A stretch of DNA of 64,000 nt from Hormiphora californensis (Eukaryota > Animalia > Ctenophora), in NCBI GenBank assembly GCA_020137815.1, contig CM035357.1:8122001-8186000 (forward strand), given 5' to 3'. The notes below the pieces were generated by a model, which saw only the letters and a program-made list of their open reading frames with translations, made no database searches and was not told the origin of the DNA. Within the stretch, counting starts at the first letter, position 1; each line of letters opens with the position of its first letter. Below, in pieces: positions 63,065 through 64,000 of this stretch. The position numbers and the translations under genes are program-made.

Positions 63065-64000
63065 AGTGTGTGCATTAGTCGATGTGAGGTCCCTTTTCAT
63101 CGCCAGGAACGTCCTACAGAACGTCTTAAAGTCGTCATTTTTCAGACTCTGACTAAAATTCTTTGAGCTCATTTTACACCCTGAAGACGGATTCTAATCG
63201 AAAATCGAAGACTATATCATGGAAAGAGAATTGTCTGTACTTTCAGAAACTGTATTGCGAATTTTCAAAACTAGACGTATAAGGGTCTTAAAACGCGTCT
63301 AAAGTGTTATGACTGTTTAAAAATACCTTACTCTCGTTTTTTAAGAAACGCTTTAGTATTTTAGTAAGAAACTTTTTTATAAGAAACTTTTCAAATGTAA
63401 ATCACACAATTCAGAGACACCACAACAAAATAGAACACCCCTAACTTGTTTAGTTTCTTGATAAAGGAGAAGTTCTTTTTGTTTTTGGATTGCTTACACC
63501 TGTAGTTTCCTAGAAAAAAAGTTTCTTATTTAAAAGTTTCTTGAAATATGCGAGCTTAATTAACGAGAGTAAGGTAGATATGACGATATATATGGGTTTT
63601 TTCGCCATAGCAGACTCAAATCTCATCCAATCGATCTCAAACTTGGTCAGTATCTTAATCTAGGTAATCCCGATGATATGACGTCATCATTATGACGTCA
63701 TAACGACGTGACGTCATTTTATGACGTCAAAATGACGTCAAAAATGAAAATTTTGCAAATTCGCGATTCCATCCGGGAATACAGAGAAAGAACCATCACT
63801 GTGGTCCATTATCAGTTAGAGTTTTACTGTTGATGGGATCCCATTAATGGGATGCCATTCAGTTAGAGTTTCCCCTTACCTGTTCTACTACATCTAGATG
63901 GATAAAAAATCCCAAAAATGATGCAAATTATACCAAAACTAATTGAAATTAGTAGGCCGGAAAGGTTGCCCTATGATTTGAGCTACCTTTGTCACCAGTA
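63065..64000 (+). mobile_element. Module B copy (matches 42130-42710) with a nested TA-flanked MITE at 63326-63574
   Basis: TA|CCTTACTCTCGTT...AACGAGAGTAAGG|TA; the empty site aaaatagata is visible at 42381. Confidence 0.8.

Overview
This is eukaryotic (invertebrate animal-like) genomic DNA with spliceosomal introns, dominated by nested transposons. Main observations: (1) A procollagen galactosyltransferase (COLGALT/GT25) gene in which exons 1, 2, 5, 6 and 7 lie on the + strand but exons 3 and 4 lie on the - strand. All seven exons are open, have valid splice sites and join in compatible phases, which points to an intragenic inversion, mixed-strand trans-splicing or a misassembly. (2) A Russian-doll insertion at 1-5.7 kb: a CRE-clade non-LTR retrotransposon (HeH-like + PHD + RT) is split by a poly-G/poly-C TIR element with a target duplication. 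That element contains a Helitron-like element (A|TC...CTAG|T) carrying the last two exons and the intervening intron of a MAD1 gene. (3) A 6.6-kb element with GGTAA termini and an 8-bp TSD (Merlin-like) whose interior is a palindromic TAGCGCTAAT satellite, nested in a TTAA-flanked (Kolobok-like) element. (4) Many foldback/MITE families (Merlin-, hAT-, Tc1/mariner-, PIF- and Kolobok-like), CR1/RTE/CRE fragments, tRNA-derived SINEs and tandem Helitron-like arrays. There are also probable exons of an unidentified + strand gene (14.9-19.2 kb) and a low-quality sequence stretch at about 58.8-61.6 kb. Family names are inferred by eye from termini, TSDs and protein motifs; no database searches were run.
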